From Pedosphaera sp. (GTDB lineage Bacteria; Verrucomicrobiota; Verrucomicrobiia; Limisphaerales; AAA164-E04), in NCBI GenBank assembly GCA_002690655.1, contig NZFL01000007.1, positions 2,003 to 66,002 of the forward strand: a DNA stretch of 64,000 nucleotides, written 5' to 3'. The number at the start of each line of letters is the position of its first letter. Positions within the stretch are counted from its first letter, which is position 1. Shown here piece by piece: positions 8,372 through 18,728 of the stretch. The position numbers and the translations under genes are program-made. The notes under the pieces are model-generated. The model was not told the origin of the DNA. It saw nothing but the letters and a program-made list of their open reading frames with translations, and made no database searches.

Positions 8372-10522
8372 TCAACTCCCAATGCGAGCGATCCATATCG
8401 CCAAACCGATAATCAAAAAGCATATAGCAAATGTGCCGAGAAATCCGCAAATGTCCAGCAACTTGGGTTTTTCTATTTCGAGGTCACTCCCTGGAAACCA
8501 TTTCCTAGCCTCATGAGATGCTTTGTCTTTCAGCGAATTCTCCAGAGCCTCCTCATCAGCATGCGGATCAGGCAGGACCGGTGTCTTCATCTTGCTGTAG
8601 TATCGATCCAGTGCTTGCTTTGAGTTACGCGTGGTAAAAAAACTAGATGCAATCATGACAAGGAATGGCAGCACGATTTTAGTCGGTAACTCCATGGTGG
8701 CTAACATGGAATCATTACGATTTTTCAACCCTACGCCCAACAGATCATAAATAAGAAAATCCAGTCTGAAAGATCCACTGGCTTCCATGGAACCTTCATA
8801 ATTCTCAACAAGAACCGTTGCCCCCTCTTCTTCACGCTTCTCTATCTCCACACGCTTTGATCCTTCCAAAGGCTTGACACTGCCGGTCCAGTAAATCGGT
8901 TTACCCCCTGAAACAATCGTATCAGAAATGATTTGACCCTCACGAATTGGATCTGGACGATCTCCCTGGTGCAACAAAAGATCCGCGTCAGAACTGAGCA
9001 AAAGCAAGGATTTGTCATACTCCTCAATCTCCATGCTCCTGCGCCTGATGTCGGATGGCGCTGCAGGCCGTTCGACGCGCGTTGTCACAATATGTGTCAC
9101 CTGTGCAAATCGGTCCGATGTCTTGAGTCCTGGGGCGAGCATGGGAATCAACCAGGGAATGATAAAGAAAAACAGGGCAGTGAACCCTATGGTAAACCAT
9201 GCCGAACCGGTGGAAGCGCGTCGCCAATACATACCAATCCAGAAAGGAGCAGCAAAAACGATGGGAACAATCCAAGTCAATTGAAGCAACACAAAAACGT
9301 CCTGAACCATGAGTGACATGATCGTTGCCCCCACAATCACGATCATTCCAGTTATACGTCCAATCATGAGACAAGAGGACTCGGAAGCATTCTTGTTCAC
9401 AAAAGGGATATAGATATTGCGTACAATGAGCGCAGAGCTTACCAGCATGTAGGTATCCGCCGAACTCATCAGCGCAGCCAGCAAACAGGCAAGCATCAAT
9501 CCCCGCAGACCAGGTAACAACAATTCACGGGAAGCAATGCCCCATGCCTTCCCTGGATCTTGCATCACTTCTGCATTGTCCGCATATAAAGCGAGTACGA
9601 TCAACGCTGTGATCGCCCAACCGATGGTGCAAAATCGTTTGGCCAAATTCCCAGCTACGAGGCCGACACGTGCATTTAGCTCGGTTTTTGCAGACCCACC
9701 GCCCGTCGCGATAAAATGCGGTTGAATCACTACACCAACCAATGAAATCAAGGTCACCGCAATGATTCGATACAAGGGAAATTCACTGGCATTGGCAGAA
9801 CCTACCAACTGAAACATACCCGCAGGCAGCTGTTCATGCATGATCTTGAATCCGGTCATCAGCCCATCAGTTTCTGGATTCCCAAATCGCTCGATCAAGG
9901 CATCGAGACCGAATGGAACCAGCATGACCGAAAGAATGATGATAAAGATCCCCTGAATCATGTCTGTCCAGTAGGCGGCCGTGAGCCCCCCGAGCACACC
10001 ATACACAATCACGATCAGCGCAATGATGGGAACCAGAAAGAATTCCAGTTTCCATGTCTGGCCGCCTATGACGACAACATCTCCAAGCAAGGGAGCCGCG
10101 ACTTTTCCAATGGCAGAAAAAAACATCGAACCATAGACAATATAGAAAATGATCCCGAAAACCGTATAGGCAGCACCCATTGCCTTGGATTCATAACGCT
10201 CCGCGAACCAATCCCCCAAGGTCATATGGCGCATGCGTCGGTACCAGACACCTGTGATCCAATAAAAAGGAGTCACAAACAACCACGACATGGTACTCCA
10301 TATACCGCTCATACCACTGGTGAAGCTGGTGCGGGCGGTATTGACCGGATCAGAAGAACCCGTGCCGGCGCCAAAGGCAGCAAAGGCCTGCAGCCATTTA
10401 CCAAACTGCCTGCCACCCATAAAATAATCCTCCTGCGCTTTGACTCGCTTCATGGCAATCCGACCGATCCAGATCATCAGTAAGAAATAGGCCGCAAGGA
10501 CTACATAATCGAGGAAGCTCAT
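8372..10522 (-). CDS. sodium:solute symporter (SSS) family transporter with a large soluble insertion
   Basis: The 716-aa ORF is multi-TM, with an SSS-type N-terminus (YFMGGRQFGKWLQAFAAFGAGTGSSDPVN). A charged non-TM segment spans about aa 470-600. Confidence 0.8.
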   Translation of the reverse strand: MSFLDYVVLAAYFLLMIWIGRIAMKRVKAQEDYFMGGRQFGKWLQAFAAFGAGTGSSDPVNTARTSFTSGMSGIWSTMSWLFVTPFYWITGVWYRRMRHMTLGDWFAERYESKAMGAAYTVFGIIFYIVYGSMFFSAIGKVAAPLLGDVVVIGGQTWKLEFFLVPIIALIVIVYGVLGGLTAAYWTDMIQGIFIIILSVMLVPFGLDALIERFGNPETDGLMTGFKIMHEQLPAGMFQLVGSANASEFPLYRIIAVTLISLVGVVIQPHFIATGGGSAKTELNARVGLVAGNLAKRFCTIGWAITALIVLALYADNAEVMQDPGKAWGIASRELLLPGLRGLMLACLLAALMSSADTYMLVSSALIVRNIYIPFVNKNASESSCLMIGRITGMIVIVGATIMSLMVQDVFVLLQLTWIVPIVFAAPFWIGMYWRRASTGSAWFTIGFTALFFFIIPWLIPMLAPGLKTSDRFAQVTHIVTTRVERPAAPSDIRRRSMEIEEYDKSLLLLSSDADLLLHQGDRPDPIREGQIISDTIVSGGKPIYWTGSVKPLEGSKRVEIEKREEEGATVLVENYEGSMEASGSFRLDFLIYDLLGVGLKNRNDSMLATMELPTKIVLPFLVMIASSFFTTRNSKQALDRYYSKMKTPVLPDPHADEEALENSLKDKASHEARKWFPGSDLEIEKPKLLDICGFLGTFAICFLIIGLAIWIARIGS

Positions 10523-10632
10523 GGTGATATCATAAGGGTAAGGAGCCCGTCAGACAAGCCGAAGCTTGCGGGTGAATGTGTATTCGGCTGAACGTATCCT
10601 GTGGGTTTGAATGTATGCCGCAAGCAATGCCT

Positions 10633-11301
10633 TCAGCTGGTTACGTCTGGGAAAAGATCAGTCAACAGAATCTTACCGATTGTCTCCTTGATCAAATCGG
10701 CTTGTGCCAGTCGATCCGCACTGAATGTGTGAGTCACAGCCACACATCGCATGCCAGCGGATTTCGCAGCTTGCACTCCATGGCTTGCATCCTCAATGAC
10801 CACACATTGACTCGACTTCACTTCGAGTTGCCTTGCAGAGGCAAGAAATATATCCGGAGCAGGTTTCTTGTGTTCGACATGGTCCGCACCTGTCACCGCA
10901 TCCCAAGTCTCCAACGGCAAACCGATCTGAGCCATGTTGGCTTCAATCTTGATCATGTCCGCACTTGATGCGACTCCAATTTTCCATCCCTGATCACGAC
11001 AACGATGCACGAGCTCAACGGCTCCTGGAAAGCTTCGAAGTTTTCTTGGAGCCAGTTTTAAATAGATTTCATAGGTACGCATTTTGGCCTCAAAGAGATC
11101 GATCGTCATTCCGTATTTTTCTGCAACTCCACCGATGTAATGCTTCTCACCCGTTCCCACATAGGGATAGAAATCTTCGGGCTGAACCTTTACACCAAGC
11201 TCGGCAAACATCTTCACAGAGGCTTCATTGATCAGAGGTTCAGAATCGGTAAGCACACCGTCCATATCGAAAATCACCGCTTTGTCTGGCTTTTGACTCA
11301 T
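10633..11301 (-). CDS. HAD-superfamily hydrolase (beta-phosphoglucomutase-like)
   Basis: It contains VIFDMDGVLTDSEP, GVASSA, KPAPDIFL and VIEDASHGVQAAKSAGM. The start is set at MSQKPDK; the longer ORF reaches 11370. Confidence 0.8.
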   Translation of the reverse strand: MSQKPDKAVIFDMDGVLTDSEPLINEASVKMFAELGVKVQPEDFYPYVGTGEKHYIGGVAEKYGMTIDLFEAKMRTYEIYLKLAPRKLRSFPGAVELVHRCRDQGWKIGVASSADMIKIEANMAQIGLPLETWDAVTGADHVEHKKPAPDIFLASARQLEVKSSQCVVIEDASHGVQAAKSAGMRCVAVTHTFSADRLAQADLIKETIGKILLTDLFPDVTS

Positions 11302-11388
11302 CTGCTTAAACACCATGCAAGATCCTTTCATCTTTGAAAACGACGAAACCATATATGGAATGAAAATCAAATGTGAAAGGAATGGTTT

Positions 11389-12474
11389 GTGAACGGATCA
11401 GAGTCTCGGTACATTCCAGAAATCATGCATATGTTTCAATCCGACCAGCTACCCGACACGGATCCCACGCCCATCTTTGAAACCTTTCGCTGGCGTTATG
11501 CTTCGAATCTGCTGACGGCTGCGGTCGCACACTTTGGTTTGTTTGATCGATTGGCAAAAGGGCCCTTATCCAGTAACGAGCTGAGAAAAGAACTCGGCTT
11601 GGAAAACAGGCCGTTTGTGGTCCTCATGACGGCACTGCAAGCCATGAAACTGATTCAACGAAATCAGGAAAACCAGTTCGAAGCCAATGCTCTTTCTCTG
11701 GAGCATCTCGATTCGCGCGGCCATTTTTATGTGGGCGATTACCTAGGCCTGGCTGCTGATTCCCCTGAGGTCGTTGAGCTGGTTGAAAGATTGCGAAGCA
11801 ATCAACCCGCAGATATCAATCATCAAGGAGCCGCGTTCATTTATCGTGCTGGCGTGAAATCAGCCATGGAAGAATCCAAACTGGCGCGTCACTTCACTCT
11901 TTCCCTTGCAGGCCGAGCGCGGAACGTAGCACCGTCTCTGGCTGAACAATTAAATCTTCAAAATGTAAAACACCTGGTCGATGTCGCGGGCGGCAGCGGC
12001 ATTTACTCTCTGGCATTACTCGAGAAAAACCCAAGTCTTGAAATAACACTGGTGGATCTGCCTGAAGTACTGAACATAGCCCGTGAGCTGACTGAAGCTC
12101 ATCCCGAGAAAAACCGACTCCACCTCGTCGAGGGAGATATGTTTGAATGGACTCCTCCAAGCCAGGCAGATGCATTCCTTTTTTCGAATATCTTTCATGA
12201 CTGGGATATCCCAGAATGCCGAAAACTGATGCAGCGTTATGCAGAAGCACTTCCATCCTCCGGCAAATTATTCGTACACGATGTTTTCCTCAACGACACG
12301 ATGGATGGTCCGCTGCCAATTGCACTTTACTCGACAGCACTGTTCACCCTGACCGAAGGTCGTGCCTATTCCGCTGCCGAATACCATTCATGGATGGAGG
12401 CGCTGGGACTGAAGGTTAGCAGCCCATTGGCGACATTGGTCCATTGTGGTATCCTGACAGGAAGGAAACCGTGA
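11389..12474 (+). CDS. class I SAM-dependent O-methyltransferase (family 2, with N-terminal dimerisation-like domain)
   Basis: A SAM motif is present (LVDVAGGSGIYSLALLEKNPSLEITLVDLPEV), followed by ...VEGDMFE...DAFLFSNIFHDW. The ORF starts with GTG, so the start is uncertain. Confidence 0.75.
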   Translation: MNGSESRYIPEIMHMFQSDQLPDTDPTPIFETFRWRYASNLLTAAVAHFGLFDRLAKGPLSSNELRKELGLENRPFVVLMTALQAMKLIQRNQENQFEANALSLEHLDSRGHFYVGDYLGLAADSPEVVELVERLRSNQPADINHQGAAFIYRAGVKSAMEESKLARHFTLSLAGRARNVAPSLAEQLNLQNVKHLVDVAGGSGIYSLALLEKNPSLEITLVDLPEVLNIARELTEAHPEKNRLHLVEGDMFEWTPPSQADAFLFSNIFHDWDIPECRKLMQRYAEALPSSGKLFVHDVFLNDTMDGPLPIALYSTALFTLTEGRAYSAAEYHSWMEALGLKVSSPLATLVHCGILTGRKP

Positions 12475-12528
12475 AGCACATCACCACCGTCATCGCCACT
12501 GAATACGACTCCAAAAAAAACACATATA

Positions 12529-12936
12529 ATGAAATTAACAGCGGTCCTGACCCTCATGCTTTTATGCAGCCTTCAAAGCACGACCAGGCAGGTCCGTATC
12601 AGCGATTTTTCAGCTTTCAACAGTTCGACACTCGCCGATAAAGGGGTTCGCAGGGGGACTGGGTTGAATTAGTAAACCTGGGATCTCAGACAATCAATCT
12701 GAACTCATGGAATCTCACAGATGATCCCCAATCACTTCGTAAATGGACCTTCCCATCCGTGTTGCTTTCTCCGGGAAAATACCTCGTCATCTTTGCCTCA
12801 CGAGTCTCTATTAAGACTTATTTTGATCAGGAATCAGGATGTGCCTGAAATTTTCGAGCTCATCTTCGAAGCCAAAGCCGCCAAAACCTACTTAGTTGAA
12901 TCCGCCTCACTCAAGAGGGAATCTTTGTGGAACTAA
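12529..12936 (+). pseudogene. frameshifted and truncated remnant of a lamin-tail-domain (LTD) secreted protein
   Basis: An ATG at 12529 gives a signal peptide followed by VRISDFSAFNSSTLADKG, then a stop at 12670. The next frame continues with DWVELVNLGSQTINLNSWNLTDDPQSLRKWTFPSVLLSPGKYLVIFASR and stops at 12846. A third frame may continue with ...FEAKAAKTYLVE. This pattern matches the N-terminus of LTD proteins. Confidence 0.5.
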
Positions 12937-13186
12937 GTCAGGGTCATCTCCGCCACCTCCGCTGAAAGAACAATCCAAACACGTATTCAAACAAGCGATG
13001 GCATCGGACAACTCTATCGAGTACGATTGTCAAGCGTGGTGCCTGCGCCCTGAGATTGAAGCGAAAGAGAAATGCATCGTAAACAAGCCAAATCCTCACT
13101 GACCTTGAAGGGCCTGCCCAGGATATGCCATGATTCCATTCGCAACGGTGAAAAGCAGATGAGTTTGAAAGAACATTACCCCCCGA

Positions 13187-15838
13187 TCAGGGGTTGAACC
13201 GAACCCAGTCCAGATCCATCAAACCACCTTTGCCCTCATTCTCAAACGTAATGAATATATCTGATCGCTTGTTCAATGTATTCCATTCAGAAGTCAGTTC
13301 GACAAATTCATTGTAGCCCCCCGTTGGCTTCACCTCAAAAAGCGCAAGGACGGGGCCTTCTATGGAACCTTGCCTCAAGGCCATGCGACATCCCAAACCT
13401 CCGGATGCCACCCGGACGGTCACGCCAGACACCTGAGCCAGAGGAATGTTTTTGAACAATGCAAAAGAGCCGTGTTCAATCGCCCCAAGCTTGTTACCAA
13501 GAATTTTCAAACCTGAGTATTCATCACAATGTTCGGCTTCAGTCACTCGCTGACGCAATCGAACACGCGTGGAAGCAGTCAATGGATGGACAGACTCATG
13601 GCCAAAGTCCGTATAAGTTGCTTCGATAATCGCAAAGCGGTCTTCTGATTTTGCACTGGCTTGCAGATGGCCCTCAAGCCCCCTGATCGAGTTTTCACCC
13701 TGCTCAGCGGGATTGAGACCATAAATCCATTGCACCATTTGCTCTACTTCCTGTTCGGCCAATTGCGAATGAGGCAGCATGGGAACTTCACCCCACACAC
13801 CGACCGAACCTTGAATGATGCGCTTGACTGTTTGTGGCATGGCATCGGGTTGATCCCGGTAGCGATTGGCGATTTCAATCAACGGAGGTCCTACAATACG
13901 TTGGTTCATCGCATGACAGTTCAAGCAATCACTGTTCCTCATCGCAGCAAGCCCAGCAGGGACAATTTCTCTTTCCTCCTTATCCTTCAAAAAACTGGCC
14001 GTTACGCTGACCTTGGCATCCATGAACTCATCATTGTAATCCGAATCTCCATCCTCGGCATCTTGAACATGCACTCGATACGGAATGGGGGTTCCAGGTT
14101 CAAAAAAATCACCCTCCACAGGAGAAATCAATTTTACCTTGGGACGGCTGTTTCCAACCAGCAATGGAACACTGGATTGTGTGATGGCACCTTTTTCATC
14201 TTCAACTGCCAATGTCACAATGTAATTTCCCGGATATTGAACTGTCACCTCAGCGTCATGTCCTTCTGCGATTTTGATGTCGCCGGGATGCACGGTCCAG
14301 GTGTAATGAAGTGCGTCTCCTTCGTGATCCATCGATCCTTCAGCAGACAATTGAAGGGTCAACGGTTCCTTACCCGCGTCCGGTGTGATATTGGCAACCG
14401 CAACAGGCGGTGTATTCCCACGGTAATATGAAATTTTGATCAACTGCGAATCCTCATTTGGCCCCCAGGTCCGTCCATAATCCAACAGATACAAACAGCC
14501 GTCCGGGCCAAATTGGGCGTCCACAGGCCTTTGAATCTGAAAACGCCCTACTTCATCAGGGCCTTCAAGTGCTTTTCCGTCATTACGCAAAATCACTGCA
14601 TCGGTGAATGATTCAATACCCATAAGGTTTGAATCAGAGTCGAGACGAGCCCATTTCATGAAGGGACGCTGCCAATCCCAGAAAAGGAGGCTGTTGTCCC
14701 AGTGTTCAGGGAACCCTTCGGTATCTTCAAATTCAGCTCGGTAATGAAAGACCGGCCCCGCACATGCGGTCCGTCCTCCCGAGCCAAGCATTGGAAACTC
14801 CGGTGAATCGGCGTAGGGCCAATAAATGAACGCTGGCTGTGCGGGCGGAAGTATACGATTTCCCGTGTTATACGGGCTTTCGTTGATCGGTCGCATTGGA
14901 TCATATTTTGGCCCGTTCTTACCTGTGGCAAAATCATGATCGGCATAGGCGAAATTCTTACCAACAAAATAAGGCCAACCAAAATTTCCAGCCATGCGCG
15001 CCTGATTGATCTCATCGTAACCGCGCGGACCTCGTTCGGAATCACCTCCCGCATCGGGCCCTACTTCTCCCCAATAAACAATGCCCGTCTTCTCATCCAC
15101 ACTCATGCGCCAGGGATTACGGCATCCCATCACAAATATTTCGGGCCTGCCGGAGGAACCATCTGAAGGAAAGAGATTACCATCGGGAATCGTATATCCG
15201 CCTTCTCTGGTTGGGCGAATGCGAAGGACTTTACCTCGCAGGTCATGCGTGTTGGCACTGGATTTCTGCGCATCCCAGGGAAATTTTTCCGGGCGCTCAT
15301 CAATGGGTGCTGATCCGCCTGTGGGAGCGCCGGGAAAGGTATTGTCTCCAGTGGAAATCAATAAATTGCCATCCGGCGCAAATTCAAGCGTTCCGGCATG
15401 ATGACAGCATTGGAGGCGCTGCACCAAAAATTCCAGCATGACTTTCTCCGAAGATAAATCCAGCGTGTCACCATCCATGCGGAATCGACTGAGTCTTTGC
15501 CCGCTATAATCAGTGGGGGAGTAAAAAAGATAAATCCAGTGGTTGTCCAGAAATTCTGGATCCAGGGCAAAACCAAGAAACCCATTCTCCTGTTCGGTGA
15601 ATACTTCCAATTTACCGGCAAGCACCGGGGCATCTGTCTCGGGGCGTATGATGTGCAGTGACCCTTCGATATCATTGACAAACACCCGTCCATCAGGCGC
15701 AATCTCAAGTTCCATCGGCTTCAAGATAGATTGCGCAAGCACCTCTATATGGTAACGATACGCATCATCCACCTCTACAGCGTGAGCCGATTTGAGTCCG
15801 AGGCTGATGACCAACAAAAACGATAAGAGTATTTTCAT
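13187..15838 (-). CDS. secreted multidomain protein: PQQ-type glucose/sorbosone dehydrogenase beta-propeller, PKD/Ig, c-type cytochrome and CBM6-like domains
   Basis: The signal peptide is MKILLSFLLVISLGLKSAHA. GSDH motifs are present (FLGFALDPEFLDNHWIYLFYSP), as is a PKD-like segment (LTLQLSAEGSMDHEGDALHYTWTV). The heme motif is SDCLNCHAMNQRIVGPPL...GVWGEVPMLPH. The C-terminus reads ...GGLMDLDWVRFNP. Confidence 0.8.
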   Translation of the reverse strand: MKILLSFLLVISLGLKSAHAVEVDDAYRYHIEVLAQSILKPMELEIAPDGRVFVNDIEGSLHIIRPETDAPVLAGKLEVFTEQENGFLGFALDPEFLDNHWIYLFYSPTDYSGQRLSRFRMDGDTLDLSSEKVMLEFLVQRLQCCHHAGTLEFAPDGNLLISTGDNTFPGAPTGGSAPIDERPEKFPWDAQKSSANTHDLRGKVLRIRPTREGGYTIPDGNLFPSDGSSGRPEIFVMGCRNPWRMSVDEKTGIVYWGEVGPDAGGDSERGPRGYDEINQARMAGNFGWPYFVGKNFAYADHDFATGKNGPKYDPMRPINESPYNTGNRILPPAQPAFIYWPYADSPEFPMLGSGGRTACAGPVFHYRAEFEDTEGFPEHWDNSLLFWDWQRPFMKWARLDSDSNLMGIESFTDAVILRNDGKALEGPDEVGRFQIQRPVDAQFGPDGCLYLLDYGRTWGPNEDSQLIKISYYRGNTPPVAVANITPDAGKEPLTLQLSAEGSMDHEGDALHYTWTVHPGDIKIAEGHDAEVTVQYPGNYIVTLAVEDEKGAITQSSVPLLVGNSRPKVKLISPVEGDFFEPGTPIPYRVHVQDAEDGDSDYNDEFMDAKVSVTASFLKDKEEREIVPAGLAAMRNSDCLNCHAMNQRIVGPPLIEIANRYRDQPDAMPQTVKRIIQGSVGVWGEVPMLPHSQLAEQEVEQMVQWIYGLNPAEQGENSIRGLEGHLQASAKSEDRFAIIEATYTDFGHESVHPLTASTRVRLRQRVTEAEHCDEYSGLKILGNKLGAIEHGSFALFKNIPLAQVSGVTVRVASGGLGCRMALRQGSIEGPVLALFEVKPTGGYNEFVELTSEWNTLNKRSDIFITFENEGKGGLMDLDWVRFNP

Positions 15839-15941
15839 GGATAGTTTCTCACGCAAACTAAGGCTTGAGAAAACACTGAACAAGCAGAAACGCATCTATC
15901 AATATTTGGCCCGAATCAAATCGAGTTTCGGAATCAACTCC

Positions 15942-16364
15942 TCAGTGATGTCTTCTTGAAAGAAATAAGCATTCCGCGCTCCCCCCCCTACTCCAACTGT
16001 GAAGGAAAAGCATTTTATTGAAGCTCACCCAGCAAACAGAACCATCCATGCAAAAATGGTTACCTCCCTCTGATAATCTTTGACTATTTTTGTGAGGCGG
16101 CATGTCTTTAAAAGCTGTGGCGCGTCCACCTCCCCATTCATTATCAATCTTCAACACCGCATCTGCCGCTGGAGCCCAATATGGCCTGGAGATTGAGGAT
16201 TTCACAGGAAATCTTCGTCCGTATGGGACCAGATAATGGAATACAAGCCTCCATGCAAAGAGTAAACATGCAGCGGAATCGCGCCGAAATCCAAACCGAA
16301 ACGATGATCTGGGATTGTAGAATAATAAATTAAGTAAACTGAGTTCAGAAGAGTTCATTGACAA
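15942..16364 (-). pseudogene. possible N-terminally truncated fragment of a prepilin-like (DUF1559-type) gene
   Basis: The C-terminus ...SEGGNHFCMDGSVCWVSFNKM resembles the conserved C-terminal DGS/DGH motif of its neighbours. There is no prepilin leader. It lies next to three intact paralogs. Confidence 0.35.
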
Positions 16365-16449
16365 TGCCCTTTAAATCGAATTGGATGCTATTTATTCCTT
16401 TAAATACAGCGTTTGAAGCCGTATGCGCGACGATCATGATTAAAATCCC

Positions 16450-17253
16450 ATGAGAGCTAAAAAACTAAATTTCGGTATCTACCCCCCAAAAAAACTGGCA
16501 GGTTTCACACTGATTGAACTCCTGGTTGTTATTGCCATTATTGCCATTCTCGCTGGAATGCTTTTGCCAGCCTTGTCCAAGGCAAAAGAAAAAGCAAAGC
16601 AGATCAGTTGCGTCAACAATCAGCGACAAATGTCTCTGGCTTCCCGTATTTATTCCGATGATAATGATGGAAGATATGTGTTCACCTTTGCGGTCCGTGG
16701 GTCCAATGTTGAGCGTAAGGCCTGGTTCAACTTCGTCCAACCTTATCAACAGACCACGAACCTGCTCCTTTGCCCGACGCGCACACGCAAGTTCAACGAA
16801 TTGTTCAGCATTTATCCAAGCGACCAGGCAGACCGTGCTTTATCCAATTACAGCGTCAACTTTCGCCTGGGTGGCTGTGATTGGCCAAACGTCTGGGACA
16901 AGAAAGACTGGCCTCAATTACGTGATACCGATGTTCGAAACCCTTCAAGCGTCGTCCATATGACAGACGGGGGAAGTAAACCACTCAATACAAACGACCC
17001 TGAAAAATGTGTCACTGTTGATTCCGATGAAAAAGCGGGATGCTGGATTTTGCATGATCCAGCTGACAGTTCACCTAACAACGGAGGTGTCATATCATCG
17101 GATCCCAATTGGGGTGGCCCACACCTTCGCCACAGCGGAGGCACAAGCAATGTTGCTTTTGCGGACAGCCATATCGAAACCCTTCAGGCAAGAAAATGGT
17201 ATTGGGCAGGAACACCGTGGCTTAACCCACAGGAAGGTGGCGGGGCAAGGTAA
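16450..17253 (+). CDS. prepilin-type N-terminal cleavage/methylation domain protein (DUF1559-like)
   Basis: It contains [45 protein letters not shown], and the C-terminus carries [18 protein letters not shown]. Confidence 0.9.
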   Translation: MRAKKLNFGIYPPKKLAGFTLIELLVVIAIIAILAGMLLPALSKAKEKAKQISCVNNQRQMSLASRIYSDDNDGRYVFTFAVRGSNVERKAWFNFVQPYQQTTNLLLCPTRTRKFNELFSIYPSDQADRALSNYSVNFRLGGCDWPNVWDKKDWPQLRDTDVRNPSSVVHMTDGGSKPLNTNDPEKCVTVDSDEKAGCWILHDPADSSPNNGGVISSDPNWGGPHLRHSGGTSNVAFADSHIETLQARKWYWAGTPWLNPQEGGGAR

Positions 17254-17493
17254 GCGTGTGCCGAAAGTCTTCACATTTGATACTGTTCTGAGAACGGATT
17301 CGGCCAAAGCAAACGCATAAACACCAGGTAAATTTATCTATTGTTGCTGACGATCAAATGACGCTGAAGTAATGACGGAGACTTAAAAAGCCACTGGCTG
17401 CCCGCGCTCCATGCCTGATGAGTCAATACATTCTTCACAGAGGAGTCAGGGGTCGGGTGGAGTCCATCTTCCATGACGGATATGAAAAAACAG

Positions 17494-17521
17494 AAAAGCC
17501 CATCTACTGAGATGGGCTTTT
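17494..17521. terminator. bidirectional rho-independent terminator
   Basis: The sequence AAAA-GCCCATCT-actg-AGATGGGC-TTTT forms a perfect 8-bp GC-rich stem flanked by A and T runs. It lies between convergent genes ending at 17253 and 17551. Confidence 0.8.
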
Positions 17522-17550
17522 CGCTGTGAGTGAAAGTAAATTTCTCTTCC

Positions 17551-18387
17551 TTATCTCCCCGTTTCGGGAGTCCACTGGGTATCATAGTGTTTACGTGAAG
17601 CGGCTGCTCCAGGGGAAATGGTTTCCACGTGAAAATCTCCCATCAGCACAGTACCCCGTCCATTTCTATTGAAATCATCAGGCGTCAGGGACTGACCTTT
17701 GTTCTTACCGTGACGTGCCGTTAATTTGTTATTGGGCGGAACCCAGCGGCCATCGTCAGCAGTTGAAGGACTATGAGCGGAATCCCCGTTCTCATCGACA
17801 AGGATAATTTTCTGAGAAGGCATTTTGGTTGCGGTTTGTTTGTAGTAAAGCGGTTTTGCACCTGGTGCCAGCACGGAACCAACGCCCTTGTTTCGCCCCC
17901 CTTCAAGAAAACTGAGCATGGTGTAGCTGTACAGGTATGGGTTCCCGGATGTCGGTCTTGCATAAAAGTCACGTGCACGCTTGAGCACATCCTGATCCGA
18001 AGGGCACCTGAAAATATTGGTTGTAAAATTCCCAATATAGGGGCCGATGGCACTGTTCTGGGGATTATTGAAATAATCTCTTTCACCGACAGAACGGTTG
18101 ACATTCCAGAAAATCCAATCTTCTTTCATGGGCTGATAGGCCCCTCGCGAAGCAACACCGGGAAAGGCATCTGCGTTATCATCCAAATACATGGCAAAAG
18201 CAAAACCCAGTTGCTTGAGGTTGCTCAGGCACGCGGTTTGTTTTGCTTTTTCTTTGGCCTTTGACAATGCAGGCAAGAGCATTCCAGCCAGAATGGCAAT
18301 GATGGCTATGACCACCAGCAATTCGATGAGGGTAAATCCCTTTTGCGATTGCCGGCGCACCCAGTGTGATGATTGATTCGATTTCAT
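17551..18387 (-). CDS. prepilin-type N-terminal cleavage/methylation domain protein (DUF1559-like)
   Basis: It contains [45 protein letters not shown], and the C-terminus carries [13 protein letters not shown]. Confidence 0.9.
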   Translation of the reverse strand: MKSNQSSHWVRRQSQKGFTLIELLVVIAIIAILAGMLLPALSKAKEKAKQTACLSNLKQLGFAFAMYLDDNADAFPGVASRGAYQPMKEDWIFWNVNRSVGERDYFNNPQNSAIGPYIGNFTTNIFRCPSDQDVLKRARDFYARPTSGNPYLYSYTMLSFLEGGRNKGVGSVLAPGAKPLYYKQTATKMPSQKIILVDENGDSAHSPSTADDGRWVPPNNKLTARHGKNKGQSLTPDDFNRNGRGTVLMGDFHVETISPGAAASRKHYDTQWTPETGR

Positions 18388-18728
18388 GGTATGACGCTTG
18401 ATACGTGTTCTGGTGATTTGTCTTGGATACTATTTTTGAACAAAAAGGTCAATACTGTTGAGACAGTCATGGACGATGACATGCGTTCAGGGTTCCCTCG
18501 TGATTCCAGGGATTTCCAGTTTCGTTTCAACCTTTCCCTGATTGCTCATATTGGAAATAACGGCAGAAACACACGGATTTTTCAGAGCCCATGAACAGGC
18601 CTTTTGAGGGATGCATCAAGGAATGAGCGATTCACGATATTTTGCAGGCGACCATGGCAACGAAATAAATGCCAGCCTTGATAGCACCTTTCCTTGCTTT
18701 TGAAGAACGGGCAAAGCACGATCTTACC

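Noticed and set aside
17621-17636. A parS-like sequence, GTTTCCACGTGAAAAT, contains the CACGTG core.
   Set aside because: The flanking arms do not match TGTTT/AAACA when aligned on the core, and the sequence lies inside a coding region. Other hits, such as TGTTTCAC at about 58045 and GTGAAACA at about 36195, are half-sites only.
18682-18698. A sigma-54-promoter-like sequence, TAGCACctttccTTGCT, lies upstream of the third prepilin-like gene. rpoN is in the window, so I looked for -24/-12 elements.
   Set aside because: The essential GG of the -24 element is AG here, and the spacing to TTGC is one nucleotide too long. Other TGGCAC or TGGCAT occurrences (for example near 54241, 24868 and 27846) lack a correctly spaced TTGC.
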